A DNA stretch of 64,000 nt from a virus (lineage: Duplodnaviria > Caudoviricetes). Below the pieces are notes generated by a model, which saw nothing but the letters and a program-made list of their open reading frames with translations, did not search any database and was not told where the DNA came from. Positions 27,667 to 37,300 of this stretch are shown here, one piece after another; positions within the stretch are counted from its first letter, which is position 1, and the number at the start of each line of letters is the position of its first letter. The translations under genes and the position numbers were made by a program. The stretch is taken from IMG/VR virus record IMGVR_UViG_3300037067_005096, positions 1 through 64,000 of that record. One strand, written 5' to 3'.

Positions 27667-28541
27667 TATTCGTACCTCACCGCTACAGCCCAGTCACCAG
27701 TATTTCCATTGATAGATATTGCAGTATACACTACCCCACCAGTTACAAAAGTACGGCTAGTTCCATACATTGTAACTACGACCATCGTTCCACCTGAAGC
27801 GATGTCGTTTGTAAAATAGGCTAACCCGCCCATATCGGGATTTGCAGCGTAACCTATGTTTGGGTATATTGGGTACAGTCCTATGTTAGCACCATAAGTG
27901 CCATATCCGGCTGGAGGTGCAGCACACATGGCACTTGTATGTGGTGTAGCTGGATAAGCAGAACCAGATGCCGGTAACATCTGTTGAAAATATGGAGCAC
28001 CATTGAATGATGAAAACCTTACTATGTTGACTCCATCTGCATTAGGAGTTCCGTCGTCATTCTTGAGTCGTTCTATGTAAAACCCACAACAGTATGAGGT
28101 AGAAGCTCCTACGTAGAGAAGGACATTTATCCGCCCACCATCACCGCTTACATAGCAGTCATACGCAGTAGTTGAAGCACTCCCACAGAGAACTACTGCA
28201 TCGCTACTTACTGTTCCAGTTAGATTCCCGGCCCCATCTGTAGCATGCCCAACAACGATTTTCACAGCAGGATACGTTGTTGATGAACCGCTACCATAGT
28301 CTATACGAAAGTAGACTGGATTTGATGTTTGTAGCGCACCATCATCGAATCTCCAAATCTCGTAGCCTTGATATGTGGTTGCACCGGCTGGAGCCGTTAC
28401 AGTTGTCCAGTTGATTTGACCGGTATCAGCCGTTTGAACTAGCCCAACCGCAGCAAAGGCTGCTGATATAGCACTACCCCATAGCCTGAAATAGGCATCT
28501 GACGCATTGGTCGGAGCTTTTTGATGAAATGAAGTTGCCAT
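27666..28541 (-). CDS. Putative tail fibre/virion protein
   Basis: GLVQTADTGQINWTTV...GYEIWRF..PVYFRIDYGSG; Gly/Ser/Thr/Tyr-rich. Confidence 0.65.
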   Translation of the reverse strand: MATSFHQKAPTNASDAYFRLWGSAISAAFAAVGLVQTADTGQINWTTVTAPAGATTYQGYEIWRFDDGALQTSNPVYFRIDYGSGSSTTYPAVKIVVGHATDGAGNLTGTVSSDAVVLCGSASTTAYDCYVSGDGGRINVLLYVGASTSYCCGFYIERLKNDDGTPNADGVNIVRFSSFNGAPYFQQMLPASGSAYPATPHTSAMCAAPPAGYGTYGANIGLYPIYPNIGYAANPDMGGLAYFTNDIASGGTMVVVTMYGTSRTFVTGGVVYTAISINGNTGDWAVAVRYE

Positions 28542-28542
28542 G

Positions 28543-29127
28543 TTATCCCTCGATTGGCACTAGCGTCACAGTCACCGTTATACTTCTACTTACAGAGTCG
28601 TCATTTGTTACGGTGATAGGCAGTGTAGTGCCCGGTGTCGATTCCAAACTATAAGCCAGAGCCGCTGGTGATAGACCCACAACTAGGGTTCCCGATATTG
28701 TGATTACCTCTAGTAGCACACCACTTCCTGGGTCTGGGTCTGTATCACGACTACGACTAGCGTCTGCGGATTGTGCTGCTGCTGATGAGTATATTCGCAC
28801 CCATGCTGGATAATCGGTTTCCAGTTGAACCAATAAGCATCCTTTCCCAATGTCAAGGCTTTTCCCTGAATCTGTGGCATCGGCTGCTAGATTGTCTGTC
28901 GTTGCCTGTGCTGTCTTACGAATGAAACTACCATTGCGACTCTTGTAGTCAAGACTATCACTATCTGCTGAAGCATCAATACCTACTTTGGCCTCAATAG
29001 CTTCAATAGCGTCATTGGCATTGCCATGCTGGACGTGATGTTGCAGTCCAGGGGTAGCATTTGCTAGTGCATCTCCCCCGTTCGGGTTTTGAAAATCATC
29101 TAACGCTGTCGGATAGTTCGTACTCAA
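28543..29127 (-). CDS. Virion protein sharing the N-terminal anchor of 26699..27526
   Basis: MSTNYPTALD...NDAIEAIEAKVG; AWVRIY...R..DP.PGSGV. Confidence 0.65.
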   Translation of the reverse strand: MSTNYPTALDDFQNPNGGDALANATPGLQHHVQHGNANDAIEAIEAKVGIDASADSDSLDYKSRNGSFIRKTAQATTDNLAADATDSGKSLDIGKGCLLVQLETDYPAWVRIYSSAAAQSADASRSRDTDPDPGSGVLLEVITISGTLVVGLSPAALAYSLESTPGTTLPITVTNDDSVSRSITVTVTLVPIEG

Positions 29128-29904
29128 CTATGTATACTCCCACGGTCTCCAGTTTCCCCGTTCGTCAATGGCTATGATAAGTCCTGGCCCAGGGCCTTTG
29201 AGACCACCAACCTTCCATCCAAGCAACTGGAGCACCGTTGTATGCGTGTTCGTGATTTCTCGGTCAAGCCCGCTTCTCATCTGGGAACCCCAGGTATGTG
29301 TAACCTTACGGGCATACACAACATCACTGTCTGGTAGATATTCACCATCATACATCAGGTCGATTTCTTCTCCGGCTTTGAATATCTTACCAGTTTCCTT
29401 GACCAGTGTAAATGTCGGCAAGGATTCCTCATTCACATATCGAGGAACCACACTGAACTGTGCTACACGGTCAAATGGTATATCTGTTGACCGAATCTCC
29501 GTTTCAGTGCCATCCGGCGCAGCCACAAACTGACTCATCACTGAGCCATCAGTAAACTGTGCCTGCCACTTGTAAACAAGGTCAGGACAGATTCCAGGAA
29601 TGGGGTTGTCTTGTGAGGCCATGAAGTCAAGTAGCTTCTTCAGCCCGGATTCGCTGAAAGTGGCTTGGTTCTCAAACACTACAGGCTTCCAGTATTTGAA
29701 CTTTACCTCTCCACTTTCCGGGTCTACTTCGACTCCACGTTCGGTATCCGGGGTCTGAATGCTAATATCACCTAAGTCCAGGGCTACACACTTTCCCCAT
29801 TCTCCTGTGAGACAGCATCGTCCGAAAACGACTTTCGGTTGCCGCAAATCATCTCGAAATGCGACCAGTTTATCAATGTTGCATTGAACAAGCTCTGTGC
29901 TCAC
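29128..29904 (-). CDS. Hypothetical protein (tail region)
   Basis: 258 aa; GGAGG RBS. Confidence 0.65.
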   Translation of the reverse strand: MSTELVQCNIDKLVAFRDDLRQPKVVFGRCCLTGEWGKCVALDLGDISIQTPDTERGVEVDPESGEVKFKYWKPVVFENQATFSESGLKKLLDFMASQDNPIPGICPDLVYKWQAQFTDGSVMSQFVAAPDGTETEIRSTDIPFDRVAQFSVVPRYVNEESLPTFTLVKETGKIFKAGEEIDLMYDGEYLPDSDVVYARKVTHTWGSQMRSGLDREITNTHTTVLQLLGWKVGGLKGPGPGLIIAIDERGNWRPWEYT

Positions 29905-30039
29905 TCTTGGTTGCCTCCAATCGTGTACTTATTGCGTCTCCATTTGAGCCATCTGTCGTGAATGTTCAATCGACAACATCGACAATAACGACCCATGCGC
30001 AGCATCCGTAGATGCCTACTTTTCTTGACGCGACTCATT

Positions 30040-30543
30040 CTACGTCTCTATGTATGAGAGACTGAATGTCGCCAAACTCGTATCGCCTGCCGGAGCCGCT
30101 GTCGTTGTTTGCAACTGAAGCACGAGATAGTCCGTGTAATCGCTTGTGGTGATAGAAGATGTCAGGCTTCCACCGTAGCTCACATTAGCGGTTCCAGGGT
30201 CACTTGTGCCGATGGTAGAGGTTGCAATAGACGAAGTGGCATTGGTTGGCTGATTGTAGGACTGCTGGTTGGCCTTACACTTGACTACAAGCCCTGTGTT
30301 TGGGCTGAAGTCTGTAGACATCCAGAACCTCAAGTCGTAGATTGAGGAGAATGTTCCAGTGAAGTGGCCTTGCAGCCATACCTCGTACGAGTTACTACCG
30401 GCAGGTACAGGATAGGTTGAATAGTCGGATGTCCCGATGCTATCAACATTCTTGAAGTTCATCAGGTTTCCGCTAGACCCCAAGTCTTGTCTTGTCCCCG
30501 CAGGTGCGCCGACTGTCTGTGCCCAATTAAAGGTTGCAGGCAT
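30040..30543 (-). CDS. Putative virion protein
   Basis: Ser/Thr-rich beta protein; NSYEVW and TDYLVLQL motifs. Confidence 0.65.
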   Translation of the reverse strand: MPATFNWAQTVGAPAGTRQDLGSSGNLMNFKNVDSIGTSDYSTYPVPAGSNSYEVWLQGHFTGTFSSIYDLRFWMSTDFSPNTGLVVKCKANQQSYNQPTNATSSIATSTIGTSDPGTANVSYGGSLTSSITTSDYTDYLVLQLQTTTAAPAGDTSLATFSLSYIET

Positions 30544-30554
30544 GGCTTTCCTCC

Positions 30555-30920
30555 TTACGTTCCGGTGTACGTTGCGATAATATCGAACTGTCTGGGATTT
30601 CCTGCAGGAGTTGTGCCTGTAGGGACAGCTACCTTAACCCAAAAATCGGCACTGGCATCGGCTGCCAACGTTCCGATATTGAGGTCTGCAGTTCCATACG
30701 TGCCCGGATTACCTCCGATGTCTTCGGCAATCTGAGCAAAATCAATCCCGTCATTTGAAGCTAGGCGAGCAATGGATACCTGTACGGATGTGGCAGACTG
30801 GTCGCCCACGTTTTTCACCGTGAACTTGATTGCCTGATTCGACCCGCCGTCTACTGCTCCAAAGTTTGCTGACGTGATAGGAGCACCAGTATCATCTTGT
30901 ATTTCGATTGATGCAGCCAT
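30555..30920 (-). CDS. Ig-like virion protein
   Basis: FGAV......FTVKNVG; Ig-like beta pattern. Confidence 0.6.
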   Translation of the reverse strand: MAASIEIQDDTGAPITSANFGAVDGGSNQAIKFTVKNVGDQSATSVQVSIARLASNDGIDFAQIAEDIGGNPGTYGTADLNIGTLAADASADFWVKVAVPTGTTPAGNPRQFDIIATYTGT

Positions 30921-30956
30921 AGCATCTCCATTATACCATCAAACCTGGTATATTGT

Positions 30957-31940
30957 CTAGGTTTTTCGACTGTGTTCCACCCATCGTAGCGTCTCTTCTA
31001 CGATTCCTCCAATTGGGATTCTGGATAGACACTCAAAGGGTTTGTGCCGGAACCATTGCTGGGAATCACAGGGATACTTGTACCAGCACGGCGCACAATC
31101 GAGGAGTTTTCTACTGTCTGTTGCGCTACCGATGTAGTTTCCCATTCGCATGCGTTGGTCGGTTGGGCCGAATAGTCCAACAACAGGAGTTCCGACAGTC
31201 CCGGACATGTGTAATATCCCGGAGTCAACAGATATAACGACAGCCATCTGTTCCAAGAGCGGCATAACTTCTCGCACACGCTTGTTAATAAGATAGTCAA
31301 CTCCGGGGATGGTGCAGGTTGGGTCAATAGTGACCGGATAGAGACCTTCATTCAATAGAGCTTTACAGATGGCCTCAAGTTTTCCGATTCCGAGTGCTCG
31401 TTTCTTATCACAGGCAGACAAACCAACTCCGATGACGGTTTGACCTTCCCAGTGTTCTGCAGCATACGCCTGAGCGGATGCCCGCTCTGCATCGTTGATT
31501 CGATAAACTGGTGCATAGCTACTGGGGATAACCCCTGCGTGTTCACACCAGATGACATATCGTGGTTTTTCAATCCCGCCATTATCCATTGCACCCCATT
31601 CGTAGTCTACACAAGCAGTATTCAGGTCGATGGTGATGTCAGCCATCTTCCAGATGAGTTCATCTTCGATATTAGGCGTCTGTGCGCTGAAGTATTTACC
31701 CCACACATCCTTCGTCCGTTGGGTGGTGCAGTCGTATGGCTCTATCGGATGAATCTCGTCAATGAAGGGATTGCGTTCTGCAATGTCCATTAACGCTCCA
31801 CCCAGATAGATTTCTGCCGTTGCCAGTTTGATAGTGTGATGAGGATACTTCTCTCGAAGACCTCTGTATACACACGACATCATCAGACAATCGCCTATAC
31901 CACCGAGTTGTCGGACTGCAAGGATGTATGGTTTACGCAT
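30957..31940 (-). CDS. Glycosyltransferase family 9 (heptosyltransferase-like)
   Basis: GGIGDCLM, ISVDSGILHMSGTVGTPVVGLFGPT, C-terminal CAPC...C...C. Confidence 0.9.
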   Translation of the reverse strand: MRKPYILAVRQLGGIGDCLMMSCVYRGLREKYPHHTIKLATAEIYLGGALMDIAERNPFIDEIHPIEPYDCTTQRTKDVWGKYFSAQTPNIEDELIWKMADITIDLNTACVDYEWGAMDNGGIEKPRYVIWCEHAGVIPSSYAPVYRINDAERASAQAYAAEHWEGQTVIGVGLSACDKKRALGIGKLEAICKALLNEGLYPVTIDPTCTIPGVDYLINKRVREVMPLLEQMAVVISVDSGILHMSGTVGTPVVGLFGPTDQRMRMGNYIGSATDSRKLLDCAPCWYKYPCDSQQWFRHKPFECLSRIPIGGIVEETLRWVEHSRKT

Positions 31941-32223
31941 GCTGCCTATTCAACCTATGTAACAGTGCTTCGGGTTCGTCTTTGAGGTTGTAACCCAGGT
32001 GTTGAGCCTCTGTCAGGACAGCTACGAACATAGGGTCTATGTCCTCTGACCCGATGATGTCGAGGAACGACTTGAGAATGTCGAGTTTGGCAGCGTCCGC
32101 TGTGGTGCGAACTCTGGAAGTGATTACCCGGTCTTCTTTCACAACTCGCACACCACCAATTTCACGTGTGATGGTAGTAGGAGCCGGATTTGCTTGCTTC
32201 TTTCTTGCCTTGAACGGCCACAT
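31933..32223 (-). CDS. Hypothetical protein
   Basis: Operon packing. Confidence 0.55.
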   Translation of the reverse strand: MWPFKARKKQANPAPTTITREIGGVRVVKEDRVITSRVRTTADAAKLDILKSFLDIIGSEDIDPMFVAVLTEAQHLGYNLKDEPEALLHRLNRQHA

Positions 32224-32226
32224 AAC

Positions 32227-32958
32227 TTATGCCTCCTGGATAGTACTGGCGCACGCGATGACAACAGGCATCGGGTCGCTTTTGGATTTTGGTTTGTTCC
32301 GGGTCAGATACACAGTATCGGTTTCTTTACCAGCTTCTCGGATTTCGAGTTTCATCTTAGCTGCTACAGTCACATACTTCTGACGAATCAAAACAGTTCG
32401 AGTTGGGCTGGTTAGGCGTACCAAGTCACCTGCACTGGTATCAACACCATAACGCTCTCCGATGGGTTGAGTCATGAACTCGGTCAACTCGAAAGTTGGA
32501 AGTTCATCTAACTTATCATACCATACAGGACTTCCACCTATTTTGGTGCTGGCTATCTTTTGGGCATAGTTCACCAGGTCAACGGATTCCCAGATGATAT
32601 ACCCATCACTGACTAACGAATGTAGACCATCCCAACCCTCAAACCAACCCCAGTATATTGGCTGCTGAAAAGACAGAGCAAAGTGATTTTTCACTGCTGT
32701 GATTTCATCGTGCAGGTCACAGAACTCTGCTGGCAGACCCATCAGATTGATGATAGGTGCGGTTGGTTGAGTTGGTGGATGTAAGCCATACCGTAAGGAC
32801 ACCTCTCTCCATGTCTCTCCCGTGTTGATACGGCTGACAGTCTTCTTCGAGACTCCAAACTCATCCGCAATCAACCGATGTGGAACTTTTTGTTTGAGGC
32901 GTTCCAGGATGGCTATTACTTGTGGTTCTGTCAAGATGGCCGTAGGACGAACTGTCAT
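32227..32958 (-). CDS. HTH-domain protein
   Basis: LTEPQV..I...IADEFGVSKKTVSRINTGETW; ATGA overlap with GT9. Confidence 0.65.
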   Translation of the reverse strand: MTVRPTAILTEPQVIAILERLKQKVPHRLIADEFGVSKKTVSRINTGETWREVSLRYGLHPPTQPTAPIINLMGLPAEFCDLHDEITAVKNHFALSFQQPIYWGWFEGWDGLHSLVSDGYIIWESVDLVNYAQKIASTKIGGSPVWYDKLDELPTFELTEFMTQPIGERYGVDTSAGDLVRLTSPTRTVLIRQKYVTVAAKMKLEIREAGKETDTVYLTRNKPKSKSDPMPVVIACASTIQEA

Positions 32959-33914
32959 ACTAAAGCCTCCTCCAGCCCGGCTATAATCATTGGAAAAGTA
33001 ATACGCCGGAGGCAAGACCACTGCTGAAATCTCCACTGGCACTGGCAGGACTTCAGTTCCTCCGGCGTTTGGCAATATCCGAGACTTTTCTTAGGCACTA
33101 CAATGCAATTATACCCTTTTACCCGCAATTCTGGGGGCATTATCCCCCACAAAGCGACCTGGGGAGTGTCCACTGCCTGTGCCAAGTGAAGCAAACCAGT
33201 ATCGGGCGTGAGAATCAACTTACAATGCTTCAACAGAGCCGCTACGAAGTCTAGCTGCTTGCCAATACAAGACACAGCATATTTGTTCGATAGTGGTTTG
33301 ATGAAGTCAATGCTCATTGGGAGATACCCTTTGGTATAGAGCCAGTCTGCAACCCGACCAGACATCCCGTCGTAATCCCAATCTCGTGCCCACATTCCGG
33401 CTCTCAGAACGATACCAACGATAGGCTTGTTCTCAGGATTCTTTTCTGCCAACCATGCTCGAACCTCTGCATCCTTCTCATCAGATACCGTGTACTTCGG
33501 TAACAGGTTGACGTTGGGGTCATACAGTTTGTGGTGTTCTAGCCAGAATCGTGCGATTCCATAGGGTGTCATCCCGTTATAGTCACGCTCAAACTGCATG
33601 AAATCTGCATTGCAGTCTAGCACTAAGTCAGCCGTCTGGACTGTGTAGGGTAGTGGGTCAACTGCAGCCCCGAATAAGAGGGGGTCGATTTGCTGATTCA
33701 AAGCGGTAGTCCATTCACGAGAGTCAATACACTCGATTCGGTCTACTCCGGGAATGCCTTGAAATATGAGAGGCAACGCCCCGCCTAAGTAACGGTCGTC
33801 TGTAATAACCGTTACTTGGTTATCCAGATACTTCCGTTTTAGTTGGCTAACCAACGGTGACAGAAGCAGGCAGTCTCCTATGCTTGGACGTTGACGAATT
33901 ATGACGGTTTTCAT
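32955..33914 (-). CDS. Glycosyltransferase family 9 (heptosyltransferase-like)
   Basis: SIGDCLL, LTPDTGLLHLAQAVDTPQVALWG, C-terminal Cys cluster. Confidence 0.88.
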   Translation of the reverse strand: MKTVIIRQRPSIGDCLLLSPLVSQLKRKYLDNQVTVITDDRYLGGALPLIFQGIPGVDRIECIDSREWTTALNQQIDPLLFGAAVDPLPYTVQTADLVLDCNADFMQFERDYNGMTPYGIARFWLEHHKLYDPNVNLLPKYTVSDEKDAEVRAWLAEKNPENKPIVGIVLRAGMWARDWDYDGMSGRVADWLYTKGYLPMSIDFIKPLSNKYAVSCIGKQLDFVAALLKHCKLILTPDTGLLHLAQAVDTPQVALWGIMPPELRVKGYNCIVVPKKSLGYCQTPEELKSCQCQWRFQQWSCLRRITFPMIIAGLEEALV

Positions 33915-33933
33915 ACTGGTTGCCTCCAGTGAT

Positions 33934-33962
33934 AGTATACCGGATTTCCCTATTCAAGTCAA
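33934..33962 (-). promoter_or_regulatory. Near-consensus sigma70 promoter for the GT9 cluster
   Basis: TTGACT, 17 bp, TATACT, then GGAGG RBS. Confidence 0.75.
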
Positions 33963-34379
33963 CTAAGAATCCGCAGGAAATCCGAGAGATGTGCTGAACC
34001 ACACATCCACTGATACCACTGAGAGCAACATTGTGTATGTGTAGGCGATATTTGACCCATAAATGGGCTTAGCTGTAAACGATTCGGCTCCAGGACTGAA
34101 CACAACGGTCATCTGCATTCCTTTGTAGTCTTCAAGGGTAAATGAATAGCCCTTTAGACGATACAAAGCATACAGGGCTTTCAGTGTGTTCACATCTGTG
34201 AGAACTCCCGAAATCTGGACGACCAAATCCGATGGGTTAATGCCCCGGTCTTGGTAGACGGTATCACCATCTATCAACCGATGCACTGACCCTCTTCGAC
34301 GGCCTCCCAGCATGATATAGTTGTCCGGGTCTATATCAAGCGGTATGGAATTCAGTTTTACTTGAGAGATACCCGCCAT
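33963..34379 (-). CDS. Putative distal-tail/minor tail protein
   Basis: Immediately downstream of the tape measure gene. Confidence 0.55.
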   Translation of the reverse strand: MAGISQVKLNSIPLDIDPDNYIMLGGRRRGSVHRLIDGDTVYQDRGINPSDLVVQISGVLTDVNTLKALYALYRLKGYSFTLEDYKGMQMTVVFSPGAESFTAKPIYGSNIAYTYTMLLSVVSVDVWFSTSLGFPADS

Positions 34380-37300
34380 TAGCCTCTACCCCCGCTTTGT
34401 GCTGCCAATCGGCAGAGCTTTTCTCGAATCTTAGGCATCCACTGGTCGATGTCTTTTTCGGTGATAGTAGCTCCACCAGAAATTGCGATATTGATAGGAG
34501 GTAGCTCTGAACCCTTCCCACCTTCTTTGCCCGGCTCTGTTGTTGATGTAGCCGGTTTTCCTTTCTTTTTGGCATCAGGAGTGGTTACATCCCCCACAAT
34601 GCCCTTAGCATAGTCTGTAAGGGCCTGTAGAGCCGCTGTGGAGTCATCTACGACCTTTGCTAGGTCTTCCCACTTAATTGCGGCAGCAAGGTCATTCTGC
34701 TTGCTAAGAACGTCGATATTCTTATCAGCAATTTCAGCAAGCTGCTCATCCATCTGAGCTTTCTTCTCTGCCATTGCCAAACTCTTACGCTGCAAGTCTA
34801 TGCCTTTTCTTACCAGACTCTCAGCTTCACCCAAGCTAAGTCGTTCTTCTCCACGTCCAACTATACGGGCTGCCCGTTCCATCATTCGAGCATTTCGTGG
34901 ATTCAAGCTGGCGTTATACATCTCAGTCTGATATTGAGCTTGCTCTACATTCAATCGTGCCTGTGGTAGAGCCATGTGAGCCATCTGCTCTTGAATAGGA
35001 CGAGCCTGTTCTTCAAGTCTGAACTGTTGGGCTGCTAATGTCTGAGCTTGCCAGTTGCGGAATATGTCCTGTTTCGCTTGCTGGATACTTTGTGTCTGGA
35101 ACTGTTGGAATTGTTCAGGTGTCCATCTTTGACTTCTTCGTTCACCCTCAAGTTGTGCAATGAGATTATAGGCTCCCATTGTTTGAGGCGTACGCATAGC
35201 TCCGGCCATTGTTGACAGCCGACTGGCTTCCATTTGGGCAATCTCTGATTGTGCTGTTGGTATCTGACCCAATCTACGGGGAGCAACATAGGCTTCTTTC
35301 ATCTGGATAGCCTGGAATTGCTCTTCTCGCTGTGCCAGCAACTTTTCTCCCATCGCCTTGCTCATGCTATGGAACACATGAACAGCTTGGCGTATCTTCT
35401 CTCGAACAGCCCGGAATGCCAGACGAGCGGCATCAAGAACGTTTTCAGAGTCAACGCCCAACGATAGATTCTGTATGTCATTCTCGATTTTCCGAAGCGG
35501 TTTGTTGAATAGAGCATCGAAGTTGGCTAGAGCCTGTTTTAGGGTCTTTTCATAGTCTGGCCCTAGTAACTCTTTCTGCCCCAGCATTTGCTGTTGAATC
35601 GAAAGACGACCTTTGATATATTCCCCCGCCACAGGACGAAGGTCAAGAGCCGCTGCCCGTTGCTGTAGTTCGAGCTTCATTGCTTCTTGCTGGTCTTTTG
35701 GCCGTTCCTGAATCTGTCTGCGTAACCGATTGTATTGAGCATCCATGATGTTCTGTTGCTCTTTTTTCAATCGGTCACGTTCTGCTTCTTCTTGTTCGGC
35801 TGCTGTTCCTGTGAGGGTTTTACCTCCACGGGCTTCTGATGCTTTGGCGAGTTTTTCCATTCCCGCTTGCATATCTTGCCAGCGTTTTACCAGGTCAGTA
35901 TCAACTGGACGTAGCTGTCCACCAGTATACATTTGCTTCAATTCAGCAAGTTGAAGCTGTGCAGCTACTTCTGGCCGTCTCATCATTGCGCCCCGACCAT
36001 AACTCATGTCAAGAGCCTTAGATGCTGATTGCCAGAACTGTAGTTCTTCTTGGGCAGACGACACTTTACGGTCAGCTTCAAACTTCAGATTACCTTGCTC
36101 TTTGAGTTCTTTCTGAGCCTTTAGGTTTTCTCTTAGGTCATGCTGCAGAGCTTTTTGACCGCGTGGGTCTTCTATTTCTCCAGGAATAGCTCCCGTTGTT
36201 GTCGCTTTATCAATACCCCAAAGTGGAATAGGAATCCATGATATACCAGGAGTAGCTTTTGTGATTCCCTGCTCGTCCAAGTTGGCTATTTTACCAGTTT
36301 TCATAGACTGTCTGATTTGACGTTCTTGCTGCTTCAAATCAGACATCTTTGCACCGGCTGGGAACTTTTCACGAGTTTCCCGGAGAGCCGCTGCTGCCGC
36401 TTCAAACTCATCCGCTGCTTTGCGCCCAGCATCACCTAGACTCTTGAAAACACCAACCAAGACACCTGCTGCCCCACCGATAGCTGTGCCAATACCCGGA
36501 GCAATAGTAGAACCCATTATGGCCCCACCAACACCGTAAGATAGGGCATTTGTAATACCTGCTCCCATAGGTGACTTGTTCAATCCTAAGCTGGAACTGG
36601 CAAGCTCTATGCCTGTGCCAGCCAGCATTCCATACATTCCACCTTTGAGAGCTTTTGCACCCCACGGAGCGAGTTTTGAACCCCAGCTAGTAAATGTAGG
36701 AAGATTGCGTTGCGACCAGGTTCCGGCTGCTGCCGCTTCACCTGCTCCACCAGCCATAGTCCCCATTGCAGCCATACCCAGAAATCCACCAAGTTCTTGT
36801 CGGGCTATATTGCCTTCCGCTCCCATAACGATTCGAGCTTTTTCCGCTTCACTTAGAGCCTGGAATTGTGGCATCCCGCCCAATGCACCCGTGCGCAATC
36901 GCTGTGAATAGAATCCTTGTGCCAAGTTTTGGGCTTGTTCGACTTTTCCTGCCTGCATCAACTTACGAACAGCCGCTTGCTGATTTTCGGACAAGACCCA
37001 AGTAGTTGCTAAAGCTGCTTCACCGGCAGCCATTTTCCCACCAATACGGGCTGCTGCTGGAACACCACCAAGCATACCTCCACCACCGGCTGTGCCTGCT
37101 GCAGCCGCATTGCGTTCGATGGATGCTGTTGTTGCATCTATGGCTCTTGTTGTTTCGAGAGCCGTAGCAGCCAGCTTATCAAGGGTTGAGGCAAATCCAA
37201 GAACCTGACCACTCGCAGACCCCAGAATCCCAACCAGTTTGAGCAGCACGGCTCCTATGATGATTTTGTCACCATAGTTTGCTAGGAACTCTACGAACTT

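Noticed and set aside
16481-30920. Diversity-generating retroelement in the tail genes
   Set aside because: No reverse transcriptase and no adenine-variable TR/VR pair seen; paralogy is at protein level only.
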